DNA of 48,501 bases from Coniocarpon cinnabarinum (taxonomy: Eukaryota), in NCBI GenBank assembly GCA_051942205.1, contig JAVECO010000068.1, positions 62,001 to 110,501 on the forward strand, read 5' to 3'. The notes beneath the pieces are model-generated. The model did no database searches, was not told where the DNA came from, and worked only from the letters and a program-made list of their open reading frames with translations. This document shows positions 48,385 through 48,501 of this stretch, one piece after another. Numbering within the stretch: position 1 is the stretch's first letter; each line of letters starts with the position of its first letter. The position numbers and the translations under genes are program-made.

Positions 48385-48501
48385 TCGACGCCGGACCACC
48401 CTCTCAACTACCGTCCCTGCGCCGGTCACGCCCGTCTGTCTTTGTCGTCGGCTGCTCGTCTGGCCAGCTTGTCATCTCTCTTGTCTCTCCCTCCCTCCCT
48501 C

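Noticed and set aside
1..48501. tRNA, rRNA, snRNA, CRISPR arrays, intact transposons or Starship captain genes
   Set aside because: I recognised no diagnostic motifs by eye. tRNAscan-SE, Infernal and RepeatMasker would be needed to exclude them formally.

Overview
Eukaryotic DNA from a filamentous ascomycete (Pezizomycotina-type genes; short 48-68 nt GT-AG introns with CTRAC branch sites). I rebuilt spliced models by hand, and the exon lengths of each sum to whole codons. Genes in order: GNAT acetyltransferase, PTH11-like 7TM protein, CorA-like GMN protein, 903-aa orphan, secreted 12-Cys protein, IPK1, an FGDF-motif protein, DUF3074 START-like protein, a conserved 363-aa unknown, KRI1, SIP3/LAM1, a GST-like protein, DUF1295, SAR1 and a Zn2Cys6 transcription factor. 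About 8 kb of ORF-poor DNA follows. I found no tRNA, rRNA, CRISPR or intact transposon, and I cannot support a new multi-gene system. The most notable details are not visible in the ORF track: a probable GA-AG intron, a 5-nt SAR1 microexon, a RING-finger pseudogene and a separate island with RIP-like C>T scars, a frameshift that detaches the basic tail of KRI1, a T9-frameshifted secreted-protein relic, long structured introns, and a candidate AP-1/GGA accessory protein. Family names are from motif recognition, not database searches.
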